A stretch of DNA of 40,864 nt. Origin: a virus. Taxonomy: Duplodnaviria; Caudoviricetes. The stretch is taken from IMG/VR virus record IMGVR_UViG_3300022666_000082, positions 1 to 40,864 of that record; one strand, 5' to 3'. Shown one piece after another: positions 24,843-34,497 of this stretch. The notes beneath the pieces are model-generated. The model did not search any database. It was not told the origin of the DNA and saw only the letters and a program-made list of their open reading frames with translations. The position numbers were made by a program, and so were the translations under genes. The number at the start of each line of letters is the position of its first letter. The first letter of the stretch is position 1.

Positions 24843-25887
24843 GACAGTAAAGGCATTAGATCAATTTTTTGCCCATTGTGTGGGGATCAATGGCGCGAGG
24901 GAATCGACAGCCAGGATGTATCGGCATCAGCTCAAGAAGTTTTTTAAACTTATCAGTGTGGACGAGTATCTTCCTGATTTATCAGAGGGCGACATTGCCG
25001 GAGTGCTGACCGCTATGCAGAAACGTGGCATGGCGATGAATACGAGAAGGATCATGGCGACTGCGCTGAGGCAGTTTTATGCGTGGCTATCCGAAACTTA
25101 CAAGCAGCCCAATCCGGCTAAGAACCTCAAGGCGATCAGGGAGTACATCAAGCATCCGGAAGTGCTGCGGCTGGATGAGGTCGAGCGAATGATCCTGACC
25201 TGTGGAATGGACACGTTTGAACAAAAGCGCAATGCGGCAATCATCTGTGTCTTGGCAGACACCGGGATCCGGGTCAGCGAGCTGTGTGCCCTGAAGGTGC
25301 GGGACGTGGTGATGGAGGAGAAGCAGTTTGTGATGACTGTCCCGGCAACAAAAGGCAATAAAACCAGGTATGTGCCGTTCTGCTATCTCGAAGAGAAGGC
25401 AATCGTTGCCGAGGCATTTACCGCCTACTATATGGATGCGAGGTTTCGTCGGGGACTGACAAGCGATGATCATCTCTTCCAAAGGACCACGATATACTAT
25501 CGAAAAGCGCCTCAGGGTGGGTATTATGAGGGAGCATCTCGAAACATAGATCCGGGGCCGATGAGCCATAAATCGGTATGGCTGATGCTGAAGCGGATAG
25601 CTGAACAAGCAAAGGTAGAGCGAGCTGCGAACCCGCACTCGTTTCGCCACTTCTATGGCACTTACCTGGCGCTCTCCGGAGTTCCTGTCACCACCATACA
25701 AATGCGGATGGGGCATAGCAGTCTGGAGCGAACCCAGATCTATCTGCACACGGCGGACATGATCAAAGGTGACAGCGCGAAAGACAGTCCTCTGTCTAAG
25801 ACAAAGGTAAAAACCAGCTACGGTGTGAAGGTGCTTAAAATGCTATTAGAGAACGACAAAGAGCAGAAAAGAAAGCGAAAGCCATAG
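24832..25887 (+). CDS. Tyrosine recombinase (XerC/D-like, with core-binding domain)
   Basis: TGIRVSEL, TKG, PHSFRHFYGT, MGH and TQIY; N-terminal ST...Y...L..F. Confidence 0.92.
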   Translation: MRIRTVKALDQFFAHCVGINGARESTARMYRHQLKKFFKLISVDEYLPDLSEGDIAGVLTAMQKRGMAMNTRRIMATALRQFYAWLSETYKQPNPAKNLKAIREYIKHPEVLRLDEVERMILTCGMDTFEQKRNAAIICVLADTGIRVSELCALKVRDVVMEEKQFVMTVPATKGNKTRYVPFCYLEEKAIVAEAFTAYYMDARFRRGLTSDDHLFQRTTIYYRKAPQGGYYEGASRNIDPGPMSHKSVWLMLKRIAEQAKVERAANPHSFRHFYGTYLALSGVPVTTIQMRMGHSSLERTQIYLHTADMIKGDSAKDSPLSKTKVKTSYGVKVLKMLLENDKEQKRKRKP

Positions 25888-25926
25888 TTCCATCTAAACA
25901 TATTTACATTTTTATGGCAGATTGTC

Positions 25927-25956
25927 TTGACATGCTAAAGGGGATTGTGCTATGAT
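25927..25956 (+). promoter_or_regulatory. Sigma70-like promoter upstream of the TerS-like gene
   Basis: TTGACA-N18-TATGAT with TG extension; preceded by a CATA-N4 array at 25883-25914. Confidence 0.65.
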
Positions 25957-25965
25957 GTCCCGTGT

Positions 25966-26901
25966 ATGGATAAGCAAACTGAAACGATGGTCGACAATAA
26001 GCACTTCTGGTGCTCCGAGTGCAGTCATTACTGGAATACGAATGACTTCTCCGAGCCAAGCCACGCATCTATCGATTTACCTGATACCGGAGCTGACGAT
26101 CCACTCAACTACTATTCACGCTGTCCGCTATGCCATGACTGGGCGCGGGCAGTCCCACATTACTATGCCAATCTGAAAAAGATGCATCCGACAGGCCCAC
26201 GCACGGAAGCCGGGAAGCGGAGATCTTCGCTTAACGGAATGACACACGGGCTTTATGCGCAGCAGAAAAACCTCCTTGCTCCCGCACATGGCAAATATTC
26301 CATATGCGAGAGCTGTGATGAGGCGGAGCGGTGCAGAGACGGAGCTCTGAAGTACTGCCCGTATCGGGTCGATAATATGCTTCGTTTTGTCGCAGCGTAT
26401 GAGAATGGCGACGTCGAGGCGATGCGCACCTTTGCCGGGCTAACCCACGCGAGAATGGCGGACATGCTTACACGCTCCATGGACGCGGTAGATAAAACGG
26501 GAACGGAGCTGATCGCTCCTAAAGTTTACAAGGGCGTAATCGTCAGTTATGAAGACGAGGACGGCAAAGAGCACATTGTCATGGAGCACACCGCTCATCC
26601 GCTGATCACTAAGATCATCGATATGATGGCGGCCATGGGACTCACCAGTGACCAGATGAAAATGAATCCTAGCAAGACGGAGAGCGATCCCAATCCTGAA
26701 GGAAACTTGAAAGCGCCCGCGGATCCGATATCCTTCATGAACGAGATGAAAGAGATGGTGAAAATCGTTACCCAAGGCGGGATCGATATTGCCAAGGCAA
26801 TGCGCGGCGAAGATCCGGACAGCGAATCCGAAAGCGGAGATGATGCCGACGTAGAGTTCCCCGACGAGCCCAACCCCTTCCCCAACAGCATAAAACCATA
26901 A
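25966..26901 (+). CDS. Terminase small subunit-like protein with N-terminal zinc ribbon
   Basis: TGPRTEAGKRRSSLNGMTHGLY motif typical of TerS-like proteins; HPLI..I...M..MGLT C-terminal motif; CxxC pairs. Confidence 0.6.
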   Translation: MDKQTETMVDNKHFWCSECSHYWNTNDFSEPSHASIDLPDTGADDPLNYYSRCPLCHDWARAVPHYYANLKKMHPTGPRTEAGKRRSSLNGMTHGLYAQQKNLLAPAHGKYSICESCDEAERCRDGALKYCPYRVDNMLRFVAAYENGDVEAMRTFAGLTHARMADMLTRSMDAVDKTGTELIAPKVYKGVIVSYEDEDGKEHIVMEHTAHPLITKIIDMMAAMGLTSDQMKMNPSKTESDPNPEGNLKAPADPISFMNEMKEMVKIVTQGGIDIAKAMRGEDPDSESESGDDADVEFPDEPNPFPNSIKP

Positions 26902-26962
26902 AGACATAAATACAGCCATAGTGTGTATATAGTGTAATGCGTAAGGCAAAGGAGTAAGCCTT

Positions 26963-27733
26963 ATGGACTCGATCATCACTTGGATGGGCGGGAAGAAGGC
27001 GTTGCGCGAGACTATTGTCAAACTCATTCCTGAGAAGATCAGCGGCTATATCGAGCCGTTTGGCGGAGCGGGATGGGTGCTATTACATCGAGAGCGTCAT
27101 GCGCGGCTCGAGGTTTGGAACGATCTCAACAGCGACCTGTACAATATGTTCATGCAAGTGAAGTTTCATCCGGACGAGGTTTCAAAGGAGCTGGAGCTAT
27201 TGCCGCACAGTCGGCAGCTGTTTCACACCCTTTTGAAGATCCCCGGAGTGACCGAGATCCAGAGAGCGGCACGATTCATTTACCTGATCCGTCATAGTTT
27301 TGGCGCTTTAGGAAGCAGCTTTGGAACCGGCAAGACCACGTCCGGCGGTGGGGTTCGCATGAGCCTGGCAATGGAGAGAGTCATGCCGCTGGCAAAACGC
27401 CTGGATAAAGTGACGGTTGAGAACCTGGACTACCGGGAGTGCATCTCCAAATATGACGCTGAGACCAACTTCTTTTACCTCGATCCACCGTATAGCCAAG
27501 GGCATGAATACAAAAATGCCAAGGGCTTTGACCATGAGGAGCTGAAGAATATCCTGAGCCAAACATCCGGTAGGTGGCTATTGTCATATGACGACAGTCC
27601 GCTGATCAGGAGTTTGTACGAGGGATACAGGATAATCCCGGTTAGCCGCAAGCAGGGCATCACCGGAACGGACAAAGACTATCCTGAGCTGATCATCATG
27701 AACTATGGGGAGGACGGATGCAAAATTCGATAA
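26963..27733 (+). CDS. DNA adenine methyltransferase (D12/Dam class), copy 1
   Basis: WMGGK, IEPFGGAG, NDLN, YLDPPY and LSY. Confidence 0.92.
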   Translation: MDSIITWMGGKKALRETIVKLIPEKISGYIEPFGGAGWVLLHRERHARLEVWNDLNSDLYNMFMQVKFHPDEVSKELELLPHSRQLFHTLLKIPGVTEIQRAARFIYLIRHSFGALGSSFGTGKTTSGGGVRMSLAMERVMPLAKRLDKVTVENLDYRECISKYDAETNFFYLDPPYSQGHEYKNAKGFDHEELKNILSQTSGRWLLSYDDSPLIRSLYEGYRIIPVSRKQGITGTDKDYPELIIMNYGEDGCKIR

Positions 27734-28509
27734 TCTCCTGGGTGGGCGGTAAACGGCTCTTGAGATCCAAGATCATCCCTTTGATCCCTCCACACGCTAC
27801 GTTTGTGGAAGTGTTTGGCGGAGCGGGGTGGGTGCTCTTTGGCAAGTCCCCGGACAAGAAGGCATGGGGCTGCACCGGAAAGGCTATGCCCTATACCGAG
27901 GTCTATAATGATATCAATGGTGAGCTGGTCAACTTTTGGCGTCAGGTAAAACACCATCCGGAGAGTCTGGCGGCAGAGATCAACCGGGAGCTCGTCTCAC
28001 GCGAGGTCTTTGATGAGTACATGAAAACAGAGCCGACAACGGAGCTGGGCAGAGCAGTACGATTCTACTACCTTTTGGGATGTTCCTACGGGAGCCAATC
28101 CAAGAATTTCTGCATTAACCGGGGTTACCGCTATTTGCCATTACGCAATCCTGACAAGCTGCTAAAAGCCAGTGAGCGACTCAGGCACGTGATCATCGAG
28201 AGGAAAAAGTGGCAAGACCTGATCAGCCGCTACGACTCCGAGACCACGCTGTTTTACCTCGATCCCCCGTACTATGACCATGAACGACTTTATAAACGAG
28301 ATGATGCCGAGGCGTTTAACGAGCATGAAGAGCTGGCTCGAGCACTCATGAAGATTAAGGGGAAGTTCATTCTCTCCTATAACGATTGTAAAGAAATAAG
28401 GCACCTGTATGCCGGAGCGCAGATAACAGAAGTAACTGCGACATATTCGGTGAGCGGGAAATGGTCGACTGAGACCGAACTAATAATAACTCAAAGGAGT
28501 TTACCATGA
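27718..28509 (+). CDS. DNA adenine methyltransferase (D12/Dam class), copy 2
   Basis: WVGGK, VEVFGGAG, NDIN, YLDPPY and LSYND. Confidence 0.92.
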   Translation: MQNSIISWVGGKRLLRSKIIPLIPPHATFVEVFGGAGWVLFGKSPDKKAWGCTGKAMPYTEVYNDINGELVNFWRQVKHHPESLAAEINRELVSREVFDEYMKTEPTTELGRAVRFYYLLGCSYGSQSKNFCINRGYRYLPLRNPDKLLKASERLRHVIIERKKWQDLISRYDSETTLFYLDPPYYDHERLYKRDDAEAFNEHEELARALMKIKGKFILSYNDCKEIRHLYAGAQITEVTATYSVSGKWSTETELIITQRSLP

Positions 28510-29117
28510 AAAAGCTGATCTTGATCATTACGATGATGATGTTGATGCTGAGCTTTACGGTAGCGACCGAGGCAGCGGCAAAAAAGCCGACCAGTCCTCC
28601 TTCGCAGCAGATAAGCGCAGTGAATGACAGCGTCGTCGGCATTGCCCAACCCAGCAACGTCATCCCGACCGCGGCGGCTACTACGTACAGCCCCGCCGAA
28701 ACCAGTGAACCTGACGAAGGCAGCGCGCACATTAGCCCGAGCCTGGATAGATTTATCAATACGTATCTGATCCCAATGTTGGTCGTGGTCTTCGGACTGT
28801 TCTGGCGTAAGGTCCAGAAGGAGCGGCTAACCAAAATTCTTTTTATGGGCTACAACCTCTGGAAAGAAGTTGATAACATGTTCGCCTCCACTCCGGTCAT
28901 CAACGAATATCAGGCACAGATCGATGCCAAGGGCATCTTCGCCGTCAAAAAGCAAAAGACCGTCGAGCTGATAAATCGCAATTTTAGCCAACCCCAGCTT
29001 AGCCTGGCAACGAAGGTCGCGGGGAATATCCCGGCATTCGTCGAACTGATCAACACCGCTTTCAAAGTTGGCTCGCCTTTGGCGGGTAAGCTACTCAAAC
29101 AGATCAAGAAATGGTGA
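28506..29117 (+). CDS. Secreted/membrane protein (possible lysis accessory)
   Basis: Signal-peptide-like N-terminus, S/T/P-rich linker and an internal TM. Confidence 0.7.
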   Translation: MKKLILIITMMMLMLSFTVATEAAAKKPTSPPSQQISAVNDSVVGIAQPSNVIPTAAATTYSPAETSEPDEGSAHISPSLDRFINTYLIPMLVVVFGLFWRKVQKERLTKILFMGYNLWKEVDNMFASTPVINEYQAQIDAKGIFAVKKQKTVELINRNFSQPQLSLATKVAGNIPAFVELINTAFKVGSPLAGKLLKQIKKW

Positions 29118-29199
29118 TATTCTTTGGCGGGAAACCGCTAATCCATCCCCATGTAGCCCGGGGGAACGCCTCCCCCGGGTATCCCCTTTGGAGTGACGA

Positions 29200-31356
29200 A
29201 TGAAAACGGCAATGTCCGCAGTGATGAAAGAAACCGGGCTTGCACCCAAGGACGTGCAGAACAAGAGGGGTGACTCTCCGTTTGAGAACCCCAATCCGAT
29301 CATACGCGCGAAGGGGCTCGACTATCTTTATGACCACGTTGAAAAGGACGGGCACTATATCAGCGTGATGAATACCAGGGTGGCTGCGCTGATCAGGAGT
29401 GGATGGAAGATCGCTCCGGCTTATGATATCGGCAAGAGCGGCAAGCTCGAGATCAGCGATCAGGATCTCGTGATGGCACAATTTGTCCAGGACGCGCTGG
29501 ATAGAATGACGGGGTCGTTTGAAGCGGATATCACAGCGATGATGCGGCATATCTCCAGAGGATACAGCCTCAGTGAGATCAACTATAAGTTTTTGGACAA
29601 GGGGAAATTCAAGGGTTACGTGGGGTTAGCCAGCATCAGAAATAAGGACCAGCGATACTACAGCTTTAAACGTGACGACTTCGGGCATTTTACGCTGCGC
29701 CAGACAGACCCGATAAAACAGGATCTGGACATCAACAAGTTTGTCCATTTCATCAACGGATTCGACGATGAGAATCCGTATGGCGAGTCGATGGCAGCAG
29801 TCTGCGCCTTTTGGGTTTGGCTCAAAGAGAACGGCGCAAAATTCTGGTCTATATATGAAGAGCGGTTTGGTCAGCCTTTTGTCAAACTCAAGGTCCCGGC
29901 TAATGCCACCGAGGCGGAGCTGAAGAAAGCCGAGATGATCATCAGCGAGGTACATGAAGCGACAGGGATGCTGATCCCTGACAACATGGTACTCGAATAC
30001 CTCGAGGCGATGCGCACCGGTGATAGCAACTATCGAGGATTTCTCGACTTTTCGAACACAGAGATATCAAAGGCGATCATCGGATCAACTCTGGTGGTCG
30101 AGACCAACAAGGGCGGATCAGGATCCCACGCATTGGGGTCTGTGCATGAGAACGTGATGAGCATCAACTTTGCCTATGACATCATCACGAGCGCGAGCGC
30201 GATCAATCAGCAGCTCATCCGTACGCTAATCGATTATAACTTTAAAGACGCGGAGCGATATCCCAGGTTCCAATGGAATGCGGTGGCAAGCCCGCAATTT
30301 ATCAGCTTTGCCCAGGGGATTGAGGCGATGCTGAGATCCGGGGTGAAGATACCCACTGCTTGGGTGCATGAGATTACCGGAATCCCAATCGCGGCGAACG
30401 GAGAGGAAGTTCTCGAACCGATCGCACCGCTATACCCAGGTGCCAGCGTGGAGACAGGGATAGACAATCGGGCAAAAAACAAGGACCATGCACCGGTCGA
30501 GCATTTTGCATCCACAAATCGAATTGCCAGGCAGCAGGTAGATCTGAACGAATCGATAATCTACCGGGGCACGCGTGAGCTGATCAGCCGATATGAGCGA
30601 TTAGCCAAGCGCATTGCCACTGAGCGGAAAATCGACGCCCAGATGCTGGCAGAATTCGAAGAAAAAGAACTGAGTGGGATATACAGTCAATTTTTACTTA
30701 TCAGCGCGCTACGGGGCTATATGAGCGCCAGGAACGAAATCCAGCCCATGGCGTATTCTGATGTCGAAACCAGTGACTACTATACATACTTTTATAAGCC
30801 GTTTGACGAGATGATCAATGAGTTCAAGCGCAAGCGGACAGTTCCCAAGGCAGACTATGAGCGTCTGGAAGAGGCTGCCAAACGCATGGCGTTTACAGTT
30901 GCCAGGCAAGACTCAGTCCGCATCATGAGCAAGATTCAGAAAGATCTGGAGGCGGTGATCCGCGGAGCTGATGATCTGCCCGGATTTTACCAGAAGGTCG
31001 TGGATCTATTTGAGTCTGCCGGATTCATGGGCAAGGGCAATCACATCGAGACGGTATTAAGAACCAATCTGCAGACCCAATATACCGATTCCAGGATGAA
31101 GGTTTTTACCGGGCTCGATAAACTTGAGTTCCCATATCTGACTATTGAGGTCATCGATGACGACGCCACTCGTAAACACCACCTGGCGTTGCAGGGATAT
31201 ACGCGCAGGATAGATGATCCGGTATGGCAGTGGCTGAAACCTCCTTTTGAATACAACTGCCGGTGCACGGTCAGAGCGGTGCACATGAGCGAAGAGATTG
31301 AGGAGAGTTTGTGGATGCCATCCCAAAACGATTATGAATTTACCCGAGGGAGATAG
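29200..31356 (+). CDS. Portal (Mu gp29/DUF935-like) fused to head morphogenesis (Mu F/SPP1 gp7-like) domain
   Basis: D.H......R, GYS.SEI, W..Y.ERFG.P, EISKAI.G.TL and GS.ALG.VH portal motifs; C-terminal RTN....Y, D..TR..H..L.G and PP..YNCRC. Confidence 0.88.
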   Translation: MKTAMSAVMKETGLAPKDVQNKRGDSPFENPNPIIRAKGLDYLYDHVEKDGHYISVMNTRVAALIRSGWKIAPAYDIGKSGKLEISDQDLVMAQFVQDALDRMTGSFEADITAMMRHISRGYSLSEINYKFLDKGKFKGYVGLASIRNKDQRYYSFKRDDFGHFTLRQTDPIKQDLDINKFVHFINGFDDENPYGESMAAVCAFWVWLKENGAKFWSIYEERFGQPFVKLKVPANATEAELKKAEMIISEVHEATGMLIPDNMVLEYLEAMRTGDSNYRGFLDFSNTEISKAIIGSTLVVETNKGGSGSHALGSVHENVMSINFAYDIITSASAINQQLIRTLIDYNFKDAERYPRFQWNAVASPQFISFAQGIEAMLRSGVKIPTAWVHEITGIPIAANGEEVLEPIAPLYPGASVETGIDNRAKNKDHAPVEHFASTNRIARQQVDLNESIIYRGTRELISRYERLAKRIATERKIDAQMLAEFEEKELSGIYSQFLLISALRGYMSARNEIQPMAYSDVETSDYYTYFYKPFDEMINEFKRKRTVPKADYERLEEAAKRMAFTVARQDSVRIMSKIQKDLEAVIRGADDLPGFYQKVVDLFESAGFMGKGNHIETVLRTNLQTQYTDSRMKVFTGLDKLEFPYLTIEVIDDDATRKHHLALQGYTRRIDDPVWQWLKPPFEYNCRCTVRAVHMSEEIEESLWMPSQNDYEFTRGR

Positions 31357-31361
31357 AAATA

Positions 31362-31676
31362 GTGGATGCGTTAGAACTGCTGCTGAACCAGATCCTGAAT
31401 TCGCAAAAGGCGATGGACAAGAAAATCGACGACGTGAAAGAGCTGCTGGTTTGCACCGAGACCAGAATCATGGATAAATCAGAACGAAAATTCCTCAAGA
31501 TCGAGGACTTCCCCCATCACTGGAACAACGAGATGAAGCGATTTGAAAAGACCAGAATGGAGATCGTCGAGCGAAGAACCCGCGTGGTCGAGCTTGGTAT
31601 CAAGTGGGGCGGCTGGCTACTCGCACTGGGGGCAACAATCGCTACGTTAATAAAATCCGGCTATCTACAGATATGA
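31362..31676 (+). CDS. Coiled-coil protein with C-terminal TM (XhlA/holin-like)
   Basis: GTG start after GGGAG; KWGGWLLALGATIATLI. Confidence 0.5.
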   Translation: MDALELLLNQILNSQKAMDKKIDDVKELLVCTETRIMDKSERKFLKIEDFPHHWNNEMKRFEKTRMEIVERRTRVVELGIKWGGWLLALGATIATLIKSGYLQI

Positions 31677-31690
31677 ATAAGGAGTAATCC

Positions 31691-32821
31691 ATGCGTGTAG
31701 AAACTATAACGAATGACAAAGGCAAAAAGTGCATCAAGCGGGTGCCGATATTTAAGCTCGGGATCATCCGCGGTTTTGCCTATGACGCGGCATGGGCTGA
31801 GCGTGCCAAAACCAGGATGCAAGAGCTGGCAGCGGGGGATTACTACCCCCCCATAATCATCGGGCATAACGGCTTGAGCAGCGAGATCGCAGAAAAAGAA
31901 GCTCTGGGCTTCATGAAGAACATTGACTATGTTCTCGACCCGGGCAACACCACGGACGATCCACGCGGCACGTTCTATGCCGACATGGACGATCTTTCGG
32001 ACTATGGCGAATACGTCATCAAAGAGAAGAAGTACCCCTCGCGCTCGGTCGAGATCCAGAACGAACGGGCGGAATTCAGCGCACTCGCGCTATTGGGCGG
32101 GACTGCACCGCACTTCAAATTCCCCCAGCTGGAGCTGTATAAGCAAGCCGGCGGCGGAGAAGTATTCAGCTGTCCGGACGAGATCCTCGAATTTGAGGAG
32201 CAGTCCGGCGCGTTCAAACAATTTATTGATAAACTCGCGGAAGGGATCAGGGCTGCGTTTCGCTCTGCCAATCCTGACCAGCCGCCTACCCCCACCACAA
32301 AAACAGCACAGGAGGCTGAAATGACAGATGCCGAATTCAAAGCCAAGTATGGCATGACTCCCGATGAGATGGTGACCAGAATGAAAGAAATGGATTCCGG
32401 CTTCGTGACGAAGTACGGGATGACTCCTGATCAAATGGTGACCAAGCTCCGAGAGCAAGAGACGCAGCTCGCCGATATGCAAAAAACCGGACTCGAGACT
32501 GCGATGACCAAGTTCAAAACCGACCTGCAGGGATTTGCAGTGAGCAAAGCCGAGCAGGACTCAATGATCGCCCTGGTTGAGACCCATACGGGTGACAAGC
32601 TGGCGCTGATTGCTCAACTCACAGGCTTTGCGGAGAAGGCCGCCGCCGGCAAGCTCATCGTTCCATTGGACGAGACGGGCGGAAACCCCGAACGCAAGGG
32701 CAAGCTCGACACGAGCGATGACAACGCGATCTACGCCGAGATCAAAGCTTACCAGGCAAAGAACAACTGCACCTTTGAAGAGGCAAAAAAAGCCGTCTTC
32801 AAACAGATCAAGGAGGCTTAA
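31691..32821 (+). CDS. Prohead protease/scaffold (Mu gpI-like)
   Basis: IIIGH, A.G.., YPSRSVE and ALALLG..P protease motifs; helical scaffold C-terminus. Confidence 0.8.
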   Translation: MRVETITNDKGKKCIKRVPIFKLGIIRGFAYDAAWAERAKTRMQELAAGDYYPPIIIGHNGLSSEIAEKEALGFMKNIDYVLDPGNTTDDPRGTFYADMDDLSDYGEYVIKEKKYPSRSVEIQNERAEFSALALLGGTAPHFKFPQLELYKQAGGGEVFSCPDEILEFEEQSGAFKQFIDKLAEGIRAAFRSANPDQPPTPTTKTAQEAEMTDAEFKAKYGMTPDEMVTRMKEMDSGFVTKYGMTPDQMVTKLREQETQLADMQKTGLETAMTKFKTDLQGFAVSKAEQDSMIALVETHTGDKLALIAQLTGFAEKAAAGKLIVPLDETGGNPERKGKLDTSDDNAIYAEIKAYQAKNNCTFEEAKKAVFKQIKEA

Positions 32822-32823
32822 TA

Positions 32824-33558
32824 ATGGCTACCGCAAGACAAATCCTCAACCGCCTGCAGGTCAACGCGACCGAAGACCTGGCAGAGAACTGCATTGCCAC
32901 GTTGGATGGAGCGCACACCGCCAATAAGGCTGCCGGGGTGGTCGAAATGGCTACACCTCTGGGACGGCCCTGCGCGCTGATCGTGCATGGCGTGACTCAC
33001 GTCATCAGTGGCGCTGCCATCAGTGCCGGCGCACTCGTCACATCCGATGCCAACGGTAAGGCTATTGCAGTCGAACCCGGCGACATTCCCCAAGGGACCA
33101 CGGTCGATATCCTGGGTATTGCAATCGACGCAGCCGGTGGTGCCAACGCAGAGATCCGCGTCATGGTCAAGCCTTTTGCCCTGAGCGGGTCAAAAGACGA
33201 CACCGTGACCATCGCAGCCGGTGAAACCATCACTGCCGCGCAGATCGTCGATGCCGAAGGCAAGCACACCGTCAACAAAGGGATCGGAGTTGCCGTCAAT
33301 GGCGGAAACTCCGGCACCAGCATAGTAGTCAAGATCAAGGGCCTCGCCCTGGTCAAATCCGGAGCAGCGTTTGCCATTGGTGACAAGCTCTCATCCGATG
33401 CCAGTGGCAAAGCGATCAAATACGATCCGGCTAACACCAATGCCGGGACCATCATCGATATCATCGGTACGGCCATGGCGGCAGCTAACGGGGCAGACGA
33501 GAGCGTCAGCGTTCTTCTCAACCCCGCAGTAGGCGTCGGCACCAAGACCGGGGCATAA
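32824..33558 (+). CDS. Capsid cement/decoration protein with two DUF2190-like domains
   Basis: Repeated GV...G......G...V.SGAA...G....SDA.GKAI...I.G.A..AA. Confidence 0.78.
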   Translation: MATARQILNRLQVNATEDLAENCIATLDGAHTANKAAGVVEMATPLGRPCALIVHGVTHVISGAAISAGALVTSDANGKAIAVEPGDIPQGTTVDILGIAIDAAGGANAEIRVMVKPFALSGSKDDTVTIAAGETITAAQIVDAEGKHTVNKGIGVAVNGGNSGTSIVVKIKGLALVKSGAAFAIGDKLSSDASGKAIKYDPANTNAGTIIDIIGTAMAAANGADESVSVLLNPAVGVGTKTGA

Positions 33559-33567
33559 GGAGGAGAA

Positions 33568-34497
33568 ATGCCTAGACCTTTAGACCTTGCAGAAATGGAA
33601 AACCGGATGCTGACAGAGTTCAGCCAGGGCTATGCACCCACATCATACATCAACCGCCTGGTACTGCCTCCTATCCCGGTGACCCGCGATAAAGGCAGCT
33701 ATTTCGTGGACGAGAACGGTCTCTTAATCTATGATACCGAGCTCGCCCCCAGAGCAGACGCCAAAACGATCGACTTCGCCACCGGCAGCGAGAAGTGGGA
33801 AGTATTTGACCACGCCCTTGCCGGATTGCTCTCCAAAAAGGAGATCCAGGCGGCTCGTGAAACAGGAGTGGAGCAGCTTAGCGACCTCAAGGAAACCCTG
33901 ATTGCCAAGCTGATCACCCTTCTCGAGGCAAAGCGCGAAAAGAACTGCGCCGATCGCGTGTTTGGCGCAGCCTATTATGACTCAGAGTACCAGACCGACA
34001 ATGTCGCCTGGAACGATGAAGACTCCGATCCCATCGGCGACATCATGACCGGTATGGAAGCGGTGCGCGACATGGGCGCAATCCCCAACAGCCTCGTCCT
34101 TGGGCGCAAAGCGTACAACGCTCTGCGAGTTCACCCGAAGTTGATCGCCTTCTTCAAAAACCAGATGGGCATGCTCAGCGACGAGCAGATCAAGAACGTC
34201 CTGGGCGTGACCAACATCATCGTCGGAGACAACGTGTATAACTCCGGCAGTCCCAAGAACCCGATCCTCACACCTTTCTGGGGCGACCACTGCGCGATCT
34301 ATCCGATCCACAGCGCCCAGGAGATGAAGATGGGTGCCAGAGTACACACCGTGCTGTTCGACAAGCTCACTGACTACCATTCGTACGAAGAGGATAAGTC
34401 CCTCAACGTGCTGTACACTCAGACTACCTGCTATGGACTCAAAACCATCAATACTAAGCAGGGATATCTGATCAAGAACGTCATAGCGAGCTCATGA
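33568..34497 (+). CDS. Major capsid protein
   Basis: AGGAGG RBS; LT....GY, P.IPV....G.Y, W.D..SDPI.DI and PN.LVLG...Y..L..HP motifs. Confidence 0.85.
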   Translation: MPRPLDLAEMENRMLTEFSQGYAPTSYINRLVLPPIPVTRDKGSYFVDENGLLIYDTELAPRADAKTIDFATGSEKWEVFDHALAGLLSKKEIQAARETGVEQLSDLKETLIAKLITLLEAKREKNCADRVFGAAYYDSEYQTDNVAWNDEDSDPIGDIMTGMEAVRDMGAIPNSLVLGRKAYNALRVHPKLIAFFKNQMGMLSDEQIKNVLGVTNIIVGDNVYNSGSPKNPILTPFWGDHCAIYPIHSAQEMKMGARVHTVLFDKLTDYHSYEEDKSLNVLYTQTTCYGLKTINTKQGYLIKNVIASS

